DNA from: Chiloscyllium plagiosum
Lineage: Eukaryota
NCBI RefSeq assembly: GCF_004010195.1
Contig: NC_057724.1
Location: forward strand, 8,038,671 to 8,102,670
Direction of reading: 5' to 3'
DNA length: 64,000 nt
The position numbers were made by a program, and so were the translations under genes. Positions within the stretch are counted from its first letter, which is position 1; each line of letters starts with the position of its first letter. Positions 26,101 to 37,494 of this stretch are shown piece by piece. Below the pieces are notes generated by a model. That model ran no database searches. It saw nothing but the letters and a program-made list of their open reading frames with translations, and had not been told where the DNA came from.

Positions 26101-29100
26101 GACGGCCATTTCGAGGTGGGAAACTCTGTGGTGAATTGCTCTTTTCCAAATCTTCCCAAAATCTAACCATCATTTATAAGGCACAGGTCAGCAGAGTAAT
26201 GGAATACTCCACACTTGCCTAAATAAATGTGCCCCACAACACTCATGAACCTCTCCACCGTCCATGACCAAGCAAGCCTCTCAGTTGGTGTTATGTATTT
26301 GATTAGTTGAACTTAGGAGAGATACTGAGCTATTTGCAGGTTTATACAACTCCCAGTTTGTTAACATAATCAAACAACGGTACACAGCTTTCTAGAGATA
26401 TGGCTAACTCAGTGAAATCTATGCAGCTTCTTCTTACATGTCTCTATAATGTGATCTTTTACATTATCTCGATGGAAAATGCTGTTCGAGATAATAAACC
26501 TTTCAAAAAGCTGGCCTTTTTTCCCAGCCTCCATCTTAAATACTTATTTCCTCTATCACTTGTGCAATGTGGCAGCTATGTATACTACTCACCAAATTCC
26601 ATAGACAGCACTTTCCAAATCTATGATGTCTACCATCAAGGAGGACAAAGGCAGCAAATACACAGGAACAACATCACTTGCAATTTACCCTGCAAGGCCC
26701 TCAGCATCCCGATTTGGAAATATATCACTGTTGCATTAGTGTCGCTGGGTCAAAATCCTGGAACTCCCTCCCTGACAATACTGAGGGTGTCCAGACACTA
26801 ATTCGACTCCAGTAGTTCAAAGAGACAGCTCACCACCACCTTCTCAAGGGTAAATATTAATGACCAACAAAAGATGGCATAGCCAACGATGCCCAAATGG
26901 CTTGTAATAATACAACAGATATCCTTACAGTTACTTAAGCAAAACACTGCAAATGCTGAATATTGGGAAATAAAAACAAAAGTATTGGAGGTACTCAGCA
27001 ATTTGACTAATACTTGCAGAGAGAGAGAAACAGAATTAACATTTCAGGTCATTGACCTGTCAATAGAACTGAAGGAAAATAAAACAGAGAGTAGGATATG
27101 GCCATATTGGGAGCCCATGGTTTCAGTAAAAGTTAACGATATCTGAAGTGCCGGTGTTAAAGGTTGCAACATCAGATCAATGTGACAGAGACAGAAGCAG
27201 GATGTGAGGAATGTAGTCAAAAGGCAGCTGTGAGAGTTGTTGCTTTTGAGTGAATTTTAGAAAGCCTAGCTCCATAAATCACAGAGGGTGCAAAAGAGAA
27301 TATAAGATTCAGAATTGGACCAGGTGAAGGTTAGGAAGGTAGAAATTGGATACAAAATGAATGAAACTTTCCAGTTCTTGCTGAGGGGAAGAGGTGACAC
27401 TGAAATAGTTGTCAACGTACTGGGAAAGTAATGAAGCAGTTACCAAGGTAACAGGTACATAACTCCAGGAAATGGTAAGAGTGGTCAGAGATCACCTGAC
27501 CATTAATGGAATTTCTGTTGATAAATGCCACAGTGTTGTGATATGGCCCTCTTATAGCCATATGTCGATGACACCTTGTTTCTTGTGAATATCTGAACTC
27601 TATATTCCCAAATCCTATTGCCTGGGTGACAACACAAGCCTCATTGTTGGGGCACAGATGGCATTACTCATTGTCCTGATGTATTTGTGGGTGCATGACC
27701 TAAAGATACCATACAGGGCCCCTATTGCTCCTTAGAAGTACCTAGTTGTCACAAACTACGTACATAACTGGACTAAGGAGGTTCTTAGCTGTGAGCACAG
27801 TCAGTGGAGGAATACCCTGCAGATGAGGGCTGCACACATTCCTCTACACAGTGAGAGATGTCTCACACCCTGGGGAGGCAATGGCTTAGTGATATTATCC
27901 TTGCAATATGAGAGACACAGGTAATGTTCTGGGAACGTAGGTTCAAATCCTACCACAGCAGATAGTGGAATTTAAAGTTAACAAAAATCTGGAATTTAGA
28001 ACATAATGATGACCATGAATCCATTGTCAATTGTTTGAAAAAAACTCATCTCATTCACTAATGCCCTTTAGGGAAGGAAATCTGCCATCCTTGCCTGGTC
28101 TTGATATACATGTGACTCCAGACACACAGCAATAAGGTTGGCTCTTAATTACCCTCTGAGCCTCACCGCATCCCATGATGGTCACAAAGTGTTGGTAAAT
28201 ACTAGCTGCCAATGTTTGTGGGTGAGGGCCCATGGATTGTGGTGTTTGATGGTGAGCAACATGGAAGCTGTGCACAGTCAGTAGTGACCTGAAGTTGCCA
28301 GGTACTCACTCTGGCTTCTAGCCCAAGAATTCACAACATCTTGGTTGTTTGGCGTGTATGGTAAGATAGGAAATGGGCTATTCATCAGCAATTAGTGTCA
28401 TTAATAAGGCACTAAACAAGTTACAGTTCCCCTTACTGCCTAGTAAGAAACACACCTCAACATTCAACAAATTCATAAAAGATCAGCGAGTTGTTCCTGA
28501 TGGAGATGGACCATGTCAGAGTTCTATCTTAAATTTCACCGTAGGCCACGTGGCTCACACCCCGAACAGAGTCTACCCACAGTAACTGCGACAAGGCTAG
28601 CAACATATTTCTGCAACTTTAGTAACTACTGGAGGTGAGGTGGGTAACTTGATACTGGAATGTCAGATATGTTGTGGTATCCTCTTACAGACATTATCAG
28701 CATTTTATTGTTTTCTCCCCATGATTATTCTTCATCACCTGGGAGATAAACCAGCCCCTTCACAAATGAATTATAAATTCTAATTTATTTGTTTCAGAAA
28801 TTCATGCTTAGTCACTAATTATAACTGTGTTCATCACAATCATTTGCTTAGTCACTAATTATAACTGTGTTCATCACAATCATTTACCTTTCCTGATGAT
28901 TTAATTCCCTTTGATAACGCTGCCCCAACTATCAGTCGGACCAGAAGCAGACAGAGGGCTAAATACCAGACTATCTCCCCAGTCTCATCTATTGAACTGG
29001 AACGGCGTAAAACCACTTTACTGAAGGAAATGAAAATAGAGAGCATCTGTGTTAGGATAAAATTCATTGCCCATATTAACGATTAGATACAAAGCACCTA

Positions 29101-32100
29101 AGTACTTAATGAAATAAATATATGTAGATTTGAACATCATAAAGTTTGCCTATAGTTTTTAAAAATTGTTCCTGAGGTTAGACGAGATTTGATCTTCTCT
29201 CTGATCTATCTCACTCTTCCTATTGCCTTTCAAAATAGATCTTTGTTTTAACAGTGAGTGCTAATGTTGTTGACCAGAGGGGATTTGATTTGAAGGAGTT
29301 TGTGGCAGAGTTTCACTGACTGCCTCACTTTGCACTGTTAAAACTATTTGATTTAATCACTATGTCTCCCAGTGAACTTTGCTCCTTCATATTGTTCAAC
29401 ATGGTGTCTACTTCCAGACAATTAATCTAAATGCAATTCCCAGGTCTATCTGTTAAATACAAGACAATATCACAATTAAAAGCAGAGAAAGGGACGTTGA
29501 TCATTGATAATTTGAAACATTTAATGTTTAGGAATTCTGGTGATGAATATTTTCCTTGAGGAATAATTTTTTAAAACTTTTTTGTGATATAAATGTTGTC
29601 AAAGCAGGGTTTTGAAACCAGAAGCCTATTAACTGGAAAAGGGTCCCTGCCAATGATGCCATTTTGTAACAGGTTTGTGATGTAAGTAGCCCCTCTATCA
29701 AACTCAAACAGCTTCCATTTCATCAAACAGGGCATTCACTAAATAACCATCTAAAGAGCGATTACTGCTGTGCAGGTTATCGGTGTGGCTATCTGCAGCA
29801 ATGTACTTACTCCCAGTATTGCTCACTTGGGCCCTGGTGAGGAATGGAGATTTCTGATCCATTTGGACAACTTTCATTGTTTGTCTGCAGCCATGTTGTA
29901 TTAACGATTTCAAAGTATCCATCATTCAGAGTGAGGTTACAGAATGGGTCTGGAAAATGTGGAATGTGTTTCAGTATTACATTTAAATTTTGCATTCCAT
30001 TTCAACATAACCAGGGTCACTGTTTCACTCTGACTGAATCAGTTAATCATTTTGATTACAAGGGTAAGGTCATGCATAGATTGGAACACAGAGGTACAGT
30101 CCGTGCACTCACTCTCAGCACAGTCCAGCTCTGGTGTTCAATCTGCTTGTTCTCTTGTTTCACAAAGTCTGTCATATAAGGAATCATAAAACCAAATTAA
30201 AATTTTACAGTATAAAAAGTTTCATCAAAAATATTCAGTAGTAGTTATTGTAGGAGACTTTAAGGATTATAATGAGCTGGATTTGCCAGGGAAGGGGAGT
30301 CTCACACACCTGGCTTCACCACTCTTTTTTTTGTCAGAATGAATGAATGAAGCTCCACATTTCTGAGTGGGAGATTCAACTCAGGACTCTCTCAGAAATA
30401 TGGAGGCACATTTTCACTCTGACAGTTCTTTCACAGCACAGAGCCTGCCTGAGGAAGGCAAAACATGACCTTTTTCACAGCAGGCAGCTGCTATCTTCTG
30501 ACACTTTAAGGTTCCTGACAGCCACTTTAACAGCTGCGGTCAAACAGTAAGTTCAAAAGATAAATGTGTGTTATGGTGCAGGAAAGGGAAGGTGCTAGAC
30601 TGATAGGAGGAGGGTGGCAGCTAAATGGGTGATAGAAGGTGGGTGCCATGTGGATTGGAGCAGGGTGCCAGGCTGCCAGGCTGGATAAGGTGACAACTGA
30701 GGAGAGGTAGGGTGTCAAGTGGGTAAGGAACCATGATGCAGGATAGCAACAGATCCTGCTAAATAATCTGTATTTAAGGGAGGTTGGGGTTGGTGGGAGA
30801 ATTTGTGGAGAGAGGGAAGGGGGCAGTCTTGGGGGTCAGTTCCAGCAGCAGTGACATTGGGAAAAAGGGAATGTGGGGATATGGATGATCCAACAGTAAC
30901 AGTGAGTGGGAGAATGGGGCCAAGTTTGACATCATCAGAGATCAGGAGGTGATGTTAGATCTCCTGAGGAAGTTGTGGTGGGGACTGTGGGAGGGGTGCA
31001 GGTTATCTGGTCAGGGTTTGGATACTGTAAGGGGTCTAGGGGAGATATTGATCACATTATAGGAGGTAAGTATGAAATATGTTTCATCAGTTACTCGGGC
31101 ATTGAACCATGTATGTAATAATCTATCTTTTGCTGAGGAGCTATTTAACATAGTTTCATTGGTCATGTCACCTTTGGGTATGTTGTAAAGCTGTTTAAAT
31201 CTTGACCTCTTCATATGGACACACTGGTTACAAAGGCCCAACAATGTCTCTTCTTCCTCAGCCAGCTGAGGAAATTCGGAATGACGGCGATTACCCTTGC
31301 CAACTTTTTTAAGTGCACCATCGAGAGCATTCTGTCTGGATGTATCACTACCTGGTATGGCAACTGTACCACTCAAGATTGGAGACAGTTACAGAGAGTG
31401 GTGAACTCGGCCCAGAATCACAAAGATCAACCTCCCATCTATAGAATCCATCTACCAGGCCCGCTGTCAAGGAAAGGCTGCCAGCATTTTTAAAGATCAA
31501 TCCCATCCTGGCAATGTCCTTCTACAACCTCTACCATCGGGGAGAAGGTACAGAAGCCTGAACATACACAACAGCCGTTTTCAAAACAGTTTCTACCCAA
31601 CTGTTGTTAGAGTACTGAATGGATTCACAAACACTTAACATTCGCCTGTACCTGCGTTTTTATTTTTGCCGCTATTTACATATTATTTACTTATCTATGC
31701 TATTTAACTCTGTGATCTGCCTGTATTGCTCACAAGACAAAGCTTTTCACTGAGCCTTGGTACACGTGACAATAAATTCAATTCAATTCAATTCAATTCT
31801 CTGATTCTTGAGCCTTCAGCCAATTGGGACAGTTTCTGTCTATCTATTCTGTCCAAACCCCCTCATACGTTTGAATAGCTTTACCAAATCTCTTCTCAAC
31901 TTTTTCATCTCAAAAGAGAACTGTCACAGCTTTGTCAATCTATCTAGGCGTCTGAACCTCAATCCCTGGAAACATTCCCATCAGCCTTTTCAGGACCCTC
32001 TCATGTGCAGTGCAGAGCCCAGGACTGGACACAATAATCCGGCTGAAACTGAACCATAACCAATACGGTCAAGGTGATCCCTGACTGTATTGTACAGACT

Positions 32101-35100
32101 GTGACTGTGGGTGATGTGTGACATTGAGTGATGGATGATTAAAATGACAAGAATTAATAGCAATCTCTGATGTAAATGTAGGAAAGGAAACAAACTTCAA
32201 ACATTTCCCAAATTCATATATGGGGGTTTCACCTCCCCTGTTATCAACAAAGCCCTCAACTGCATCTTCTCTATTTCCCACACCTCCGCCCTCGAACCCC
32301 ACTTGCCCCAACTGCAACAAGGATAGAATCCCCTGGTTCTCACATTCCACCTACAAATCTCCAAATTCAGCATATCATCCTCCGTCATTTTCACCACCTA
32401 CAGTCAGACACCACCACCAAAAATATATTTCCCTTCTCACCCCTACCTGTGTTTTGCAGGGACCGTTCCCTCCATGACTCCCTCGTTAGGTCCACACTCC
32501 CCACCAAACCCCTTTCCACACCTGGCATCTTCACCAGCCGGTGTAAGAGCTGCAAAAACTGCACCAACATCTCCCCTCTCACCTCCTTCCAAGGTCCCAA
32601 AGGAGCATTCCAAATCCGGCAGAGATTTACTTGCATATCCTTGAACCCCATTTACTGCAGCCATTGTTCTCAATGTGATCTACTCTACATCGAAGAAACT
32701 GACCGCAAACTTGTGAAAATGTTCAGGGAACACCTCTGGCCCGTATGCACCTTCCAACTGCACCTTCCTGTAGCCATCCATTTCAACTCCCCCTCCCACT
32801 CCCCAGACGACTTATCCATTCTGGGTCTCCTCCACCATCTAAACAAGGCCACTTCCAAACTGGAGGAGGAACACCTCATTTCCGCCTTGGGAGCCTACAA
32901 CCACACAGCCTCAACATTAAATCCATCAGTTTCCAAATCTTCCCTCACCCCACCCCAGATTCTAACCCTTTGACTTGGCTCCACCCTCTTGAGTTGACCT
33001 ATTTGTCCATCTTCCTTCCCACCTTTCCTACTTATCACAATCATCTCCTACCTTCGGCCAGCTATCGCCATCCCAACTATCTATCCCCTAGCCCGACCTC
33101 CACCATTTATTTCTTAGCCCTCTGATGCTCCTCAGATGCTGCCTGACCTGCTGCGCTTTTTCCAGGGCCACATTTTATCGATTCTGACTTCTCCACTATC
33201 TCCCAACTCCATAGATAGTCAGGGTGCACCCACAGTCCCAGTCTGTGCAAAAGGAAAGTTGCTTCAGAAATTTTAAATGGACTCATTTCAAGATTTCAGA
33301 CATACTCTTGCCAATTCAAACAGAAGTAATCTTTGATAACAATGTTAGATATTAGGAGTGAAACAGTGTCAGTGTGGGAGGTGAAATGAAAGTGAAAAAA
33401 ACAAGGCTTTTAAATAACACAATAAAAACTGAGTATTTCATAGAGTCAGATGGTATAAGAAATATATATGAGATTGTAGACGTTTGGAAAGAACCCAGAA
33501 GAGGAGAAAAAGTTGAGAAAATGATACCTGCACAAAACACAGAGATAGAGAAGAGAATCAATGTGAGTCACAGTACTGGGATGTTAGAGAGATACAGACA
33601 ATGAACTTAGTCAGAAAGAACACAAGACAGACTTATTGACAAGGTGAAAGAATAAAAGACATATGAACAACTTTATCAAAGACTGACAAATTCTGATGTT
33701 TCACTATTTAGTTCTGACTGACTGTCCTGCTATTCCAGTGACTCAGAGCCATGATTCCTGCTGCTGCTTTCTATCCGAGTCTTTCTGCTGTATGGTCACA
33801 ATGAGGATGGTCACTGAAACTATTGTCCATCTCTCTCCCTCACTCAGACTGACAGAATGAACTATGAACAGTCGGTGTGTAAAATCCCCCAACAGAATTG
33901 AGCACTGTACCTTTGGGGGTCCTGCTGCATGTTTCATCTGCTCCCCACCAACTGAAGCAGTCTGCCCATGGCAGGGGCGATTGAAAGGAAGCAAACAGGT
34001 AGTACAGACTGTAGCCAATGATACAGGCATATGAAATATTGGCAATTATAATCAGAAGGACCATAGCAATCCCCACACCTGAAAACATGAAAGAACAGAA
34101 GATTAGATTGTGAGCTCTTGATGTGAAATAAAGTATTTGACATGGGTTTGACTGGTCATTCAATCAAATTGGATTTTCTTTCAGTGGGCACAGTACAGAG
34201 CAGGGAGACTGCCCTGGTTGACCACACCTTTCAGGACATGTCTGTTGTGTTTGGTCAGTATTGGCTGCTTCAACATTCAATGTCCAACAGTAGAGACTTT
34301 AAAGGCTCTTTGTATTAAACAGGAGATTTAGAATTCTCTGTCTCGGTTCCAAGAATGATGATCCCTGTCTTCACCTTTAGACTCCTTCTCACTAATCATC
34401 ATTGTGGCTGGTAATAATCACACATTCCCAGTCTTGGTAATAAATACCATCTTCAGCACTTCATAAGGTGCACGGCAGATCAGAGTGCAAACACGACATC
34501 AGCAAGTCCAGTTTAAACATCGACCAGATAAGGAAAATTTAACAATATTTGGGTAAGACGTTGACACTGACTTATTGTACGGCTTATTTAAGCTTGTTAT
34601 GACTATTTTGGGAAATAAACATTAACCTTGGAATATTGGTACAGCTTTCCACACTCCAATAGGTCCGAGGCTGGCAAACTGCCCAAGGGAACATTCCAAG
34701 AAAAACATTGGAATCCCAACTAGTGCCAGGATGAGAGCGTAGGGAATAAGAAATACACCTGGAAAATAGTAGAAAGGATTTCAATGTAGATAAAATCATA
34801 TGTTCAAGCTGAAACTCGGTGCCTCCACTGTGTTCACTGGGTTAAAATTAATCCTGAAATCTCTATGAATGCATGTTTTGTCTGTCTGTCTGCATACCTA
34901 GCAATCTACTGAGATGGTTGACTTTCAGCTGCACTTTTATTTTTCTACTACATACTGGAGGTTGTACTCAAATGGCCACTTTCTGAATTTCACTCTCTAA
35001 ATGAATCAAATATCTTTCCCTGTCATTTTATACAATCATGTCATGACCTTTTTTTATGCATTCGCCCTTGGTCTCCATCAATCCAATGGTGTGGGTTGTG

Positions 35101-36044
35101 AAGAGCCCTGATTCGAGCAGGTTTGATGATAATGTACAAGCCTGAACCCAGGGCCTGGCTGAGGAGCCTGCTATTCTGAGGATTTCACACACTGTGCAGT
35201 TAATATATTTGATGTGGATGGTTCATGAATTCTATATAATATCACTTGAAAATATAAATTAATAAATGAACTATTTACTTTGGTTTATAAATAGCATCGA
35301 ATTGATGCATCGCGTGGCTAATTCTGAAGTATCACCTTGACACATCTCTCACATCAGAAAAAAAAAACGGCAAATTTGTTGACTGTGGGATTGAATTCAC
35401 ACTTCACATTAATTGTTTAACCCTGTACTATTTACTGTATTATTTTTAGTGCAATGAACACTTGCTATTTCCTGAATATCAACATTCTGTACAAATCGAT
35501 GAATTGACCCATTTAGCTCTGCCTGCTCACTCTGCAATATTTTAAATTTGTCTACAGTACCTCCTCCATTTCTATAAGCCAGGTAAGGGAACCTCCAGAT
35601 GTTGCCCAGACCGACAGCGTAACCAATCATTGAGAGCAAGTAGTCAGTCTTCGAAGACCAGTTACCCCGCTCCACATTCTCATCACCCACAGCACCATGT
35701 TCATTGGCAGCATCCTGGGAGAAAGAATGGAAATGGTAAGCTCAGAAATGGGTCTTTCTCCAAACTAGATCTCAGCAAGATGTACTGTCACCACTCCTCA
35801 CAACTACCTTTATAGGAAAACTATGTTGTTCTCCAATGTGCAGCAATGTCTTGCAGATTATAAACAGCCAGAAGTTCACAGAGAGTGTACAGTTCATAAC
35901 AGCCAAAATCTACAAATTAACAGTATCTCTCATTGTCCAACACAGGTTTTACAGTTTTGTTGAAATACATACCATGTCGGCTGGATGGTTTGTCTGAATA
36001 TCATTCTGTGAGAATCCAGATAAAGACAGTTCCTTCTGGTCCAT
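11178..36044 (-). CDS. SLC6A14: SLC6A14-like Na+/Cl- dependent amino-acid transporter, copy A (spliced; exons 1-6 and 9-14 seen, exons 7-8 not seen)
   Basis: Twelve exons with canonical AG/GT sites and compatible phases, except across the missing 7-8 block. Motifs [66 protein letters not shown] and DWGPYL..HRGERY are typical of SLC6A14. Likely a paralogue rather than the strict orthologue; coding status uncertain. Confidence 0.88.
12733..12915 (-). mobile_element. Internally deleted V-SINE
   Basis: Head and V-domain joined directly to the 3' tail and (TCTAA)n repeats. Confidence 0.85.
13105..15590 (-). mobile_element. CR1 LINE (ORF2 remnants) in copy A intron 13, interrupted by a MITE
   Basis: Fragments [40 protein letters not shown] and KFADG; (TTCTTTG)-like tail near 13105. 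Confidence 0.9.
13659..14465. mobile_element. Non-autonomous Tc1/mariner-pogo type DNA transposon (MITE)
   Basis: 23-bp TIRs CAG(G/A)GGAACCTCGATTATCCGAA (22/23 match), flanked by TA at 13657-13658 and 14466-14467; C-rich interior with a (CA)n tract at ~14139-14166. Confidence 0.88.
15650..15856 (-). mobile_element. tRNA-derived SINE, second family
   Basis: Reverse strand begins GGGTCAGTTAGCTCAGTTGG (A box), followed by a ~200 bp body. Confidence 0.6.
16298..16468 (-). CDS. SLC6A14: Copy A exon 13 (TM12)
   Basis: [57 protein letters not shown]; 171 nt; donor gtgagg. Confidence 0.92.
16558..16667 (-). CDS. SLC6A14: Copy A exon 12 (TM11)
   Basis: [37 protein letters not shown]; 110 nt; donor gtaagg. 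Confidence 0.92.
17362..18050 (-). mobile_element. CR1 3' fragment containing a deleted palindromic Penelope-associated repeat (~17520-17620)
   Basis: [16 protein letters not shown]...[18 protein letters not shown] and a CR1 tail; the insert is flanked by AAAATGTT. Confidence 0.85.
18206..18305 (-). CDS. SLC6A14: Copy A exon 11 (TM10)
   Basis: [33 protein letters not shown]; 100 nt; donor gtcagt. Confidence 0.9.
19080..19560 (+). mobile_element. Highly decayed Gypsy integrase remnant
   Basis: Broken frames read ...QGHMGIE... and ...[16 protein letters not shown]...PW, resembling the HHCC zinc-binding region and start of rve. Confidence 0.5.
19839..19957 (-). CDS. SLC6A14: Copy A exon 10 (TM9)
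   Basis: [40 protein letters not shown]; 119 nt; donor gtaggt. Confidence 0.9.
20625..20750 (-). CDS. SLC6A14: Copy A exon 9 (EL4, TM8)
   Basis: [42 protein letters not shown]; 126 nt; AG/GT flanked. Confidence 0.93.
   Translation of the reverse strand, partial: VLVWSSLPTQRPLHSCRGHHYGLFYFSSCCSLWELTHHLEV
21320..22290 (-). mobile_element. Penelope-like 3' fragment (GIY-YIG) with pLTR
   Basis: [17 protein letters not shown]...LEEGHIIFR...[10 protein letters not shown] is the PLE GIY-YIG C-terminus. Confidence 0.82.
22512..23274 (+). mobile_element. Solo LTR (763 bp) inserted in a + strand CR1 fragment
   Basis: TGTT...AACA termini, 4-bp TSD AGAA (22508-22511 and 23275-23278), internal AATAAA at ~23137; CR1 sequence resumes on both sides. 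Confidence 0.82.
24737..25236. other. Assembly gap (500 N, probably a placeholder size)
   Basis: Run of exactly 500 N, located where exons 7-8 of copy A are expected. Confidence 1.
25237..26900 (+). mobile_element. Decayed L2/CR1-group LINE RT and 3' end, with a V-SINE inserted at ~25640-25985 (-)
   Basis: Degenerate GVPQGS/FADD-like segments near 25400-25510; 3' end similar to the tail of the SINE at 6372-6720; clear V-domain in the insert. Confidence 0.65.
28806..28885. repeat. Perfect 40-bp tandem duplication next to the exon 6 donor
   Basis: GCTTAGTCACTAATTATAACTGTGTTCATCACAATCATTT x2. Confidence 0.95.
28888..29020 (-). CDS. SLC6A14: Copy A exon 6 (TM4)
   Basis: [44 protein letters not shown]; 133 nt; AG/GT flanked. 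Confidence 0.92.
29811..29949 (-). CDS. SLC6A14: Copy A exon 5 (EL2)
   Basis: [46 protein letters not shown], with several N-x-S/T sequons; 139 nt; donor gtaagt. Confidence 0.9.
31205..31799 (+). mobile_element. Rex1/Babar-like LINE 3' end with (AATTC)n tail
   Basis: [16 protein letters not shown]...[18 protein letters not shown]...LQRVVNSAQ, then AATAAA and a pentamer tail at ~31775-31799. Confidence 0.78.
32225..33200 (+). mobile_element. Penelope-like GIY-YIG endonuclease fragment
   Basis: ORF 32449-32973: [25 protein letters not shown]...FREH...HFNSPSHS; partial pLTR at ~33125-33195. Confidence 0.85.
33911..34078 (-). CDS. SLC6A14: Copy A exon 4 (TM3, start of EL2)
   Basis: [56 protein letters not shown]; 168 nt; AG/GT flanked. 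Confidence 0.92.
34627..34758 (-). CDS. SLC6A14: Copy A exon 3 (TM2)
   Basis: [44 protein letters not shown]; 132 nt; AG/GT flanked. Confidence 0.93.
35561..35714 (-). CDS. SLC6A14: Copy A exon 2 (TM1)
   Basis: Acceptor ttctcccag; [51 protein letters not shown]; donor gtactg; 154 nt. Confidence 0.93.
35973..36044 (-). CDS. SLC6A14: Copy A putative coding exon 1 ([24 protein letters not shown])
   Basis: ATG at 36044, 72 nt open frame, phase-0 donor gtatgt, 258 bp from exon 2. A paralogous 72-nt exon lies at 48192-48263. Confidence 0.7.
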
Positions 36045-36279
36045 TTTCAGACATCAATGAATTATTCTTGCACTTGCACAAGAATTGGATGTAAACCTTG
36101 AGGACACTACTTTTGCCAAAAGTCGTTGAACATCTCATTAATTAATGATTTTTGCCCAGTCAGAAATCAGCCTTTCACAGTATTTCAGAAGGGGTGTAAC
36201 CCTGTTTAAGGTGCCTGAGAAGCTCTGCTTAGTTAATCATTCAATTTCCACACTAAACATTTCTATTGAAGTTAAATGA

Positions 36280-36410
36280 TTTGTTTTCAGAACATTCAGG
36301 ATCAAAGTGCATCAATTTTATGTCTACTGACTTTGGACAAAGTGCTAGTTTTAAAAGGGACAGCTCCCAAGTGAATCTAAAACAATTTGGACTTCAGGCA
36401 AAGCAAAAGT
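36280..36410 (-). promoter_or_regulatory. Candidate promoter block upstream of copy A exon 1
   Basis: Short blocks shared with 48510-48622 (CATTCAG.ATC.AAGTGCAT, TTTTAAA.GGGACAG, AGGCAAAGC.AAA). The TATA-like TTTAAA lies about 300 bp upstream of the ATG in both copies. Confidence 0.4.
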
Positions 36411-37494
36411 ATGTAAGATTTCATATAAAAAGGAACTGGTCTTCTCCCAAATCAGAAACATCACTGTTATTCACTGTTGCCCAAGTTCATTTTACACACT
36501 GACATTTTCATTATTTTCAAAAATGTGGGATGGACTTTTTGTGAAATACACTTGGATTTGGGAAAAACACGATTGCTGGAAGTCCTACCTCCATTTCTAT
36601 CACCAGGCATTTTTAGCAGATCCAAGAACATAATGAACATGGCAAACCCCTCCTGAGAGGTAGCTCGCATCACTGGAGAAGTGAGCATTCAGAAATTCTG
36701 GAAATTTCATGGAGGCAACTGAAATTTCCAAGCCACGCAAAATCACTTCTCCAAGTAGAGACATGAACCAAGTGTTGGAGATACGGAAATTATATAAAAA
36801 AATATATATTTGTGTTGCCTTCATTAGTATTTTATCATGAGTTATAACTGTGCTCACTAAAGTGAAGCGGAATAGCTCCAAGTGTTGGATAAGGTATTGG
36901 ATATTAAATAATATGGTTCCTACGTTGTTACCTCTGACAACCGTTCAGTCATCAATTGAAAGTCAAAAAAAGTCTTCATTTGCATTGATGTAGGTTATTG
37001 ATCGGACAAGGTGATATTCTGCATTGTGTCATTATACAGGGCCAGCCCAGTGAGAGATCCAGAGCTAATTATTTGGAGACTCCCATTGCTTTCATATGTC
37101 AGTTACTGATCAGCTCATGCATCTGTTTGGCCGTATGGAAGCTTTACTAAATGTATGACCTTCAGGCTGTTTCAAAAGCACCAACAGGCTTGGAAGTGCA
37201 ACATTCTTTTGCTTGTCATCGAAGAGTGGGTTCAGTGGAATTGACAGATGTATGAAATTTTGAAGATAATAATGGCCTTTAAGTACTTAGTTAAGTAATG
37301 GCTGCTTACTTTTGCTGATTTGTGAGCTGCTAAAATATATAGCTTTCTATATGCATAATCAAGTGATGTATTATTTATTTAACAGGTTCTTGAGATTTTT
37401 CAATGGCATCCAATTATTGTTACTATATCTTTTGCGGACTGTTTATAAAGTGGATGCCACATGTGTGGGCTGGGTGAGGTGCACGATACCAGAG

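Noticed and set aside
35561-35714. Assignment to a monoamine or GABA/taurine transporter
   Set aside because: TM1 has Gly rather than Asp, and the GIKSSGK, AGIYW, FWLWWR and DWGPYL..HRGERY motifs fit SLC6A14 best.
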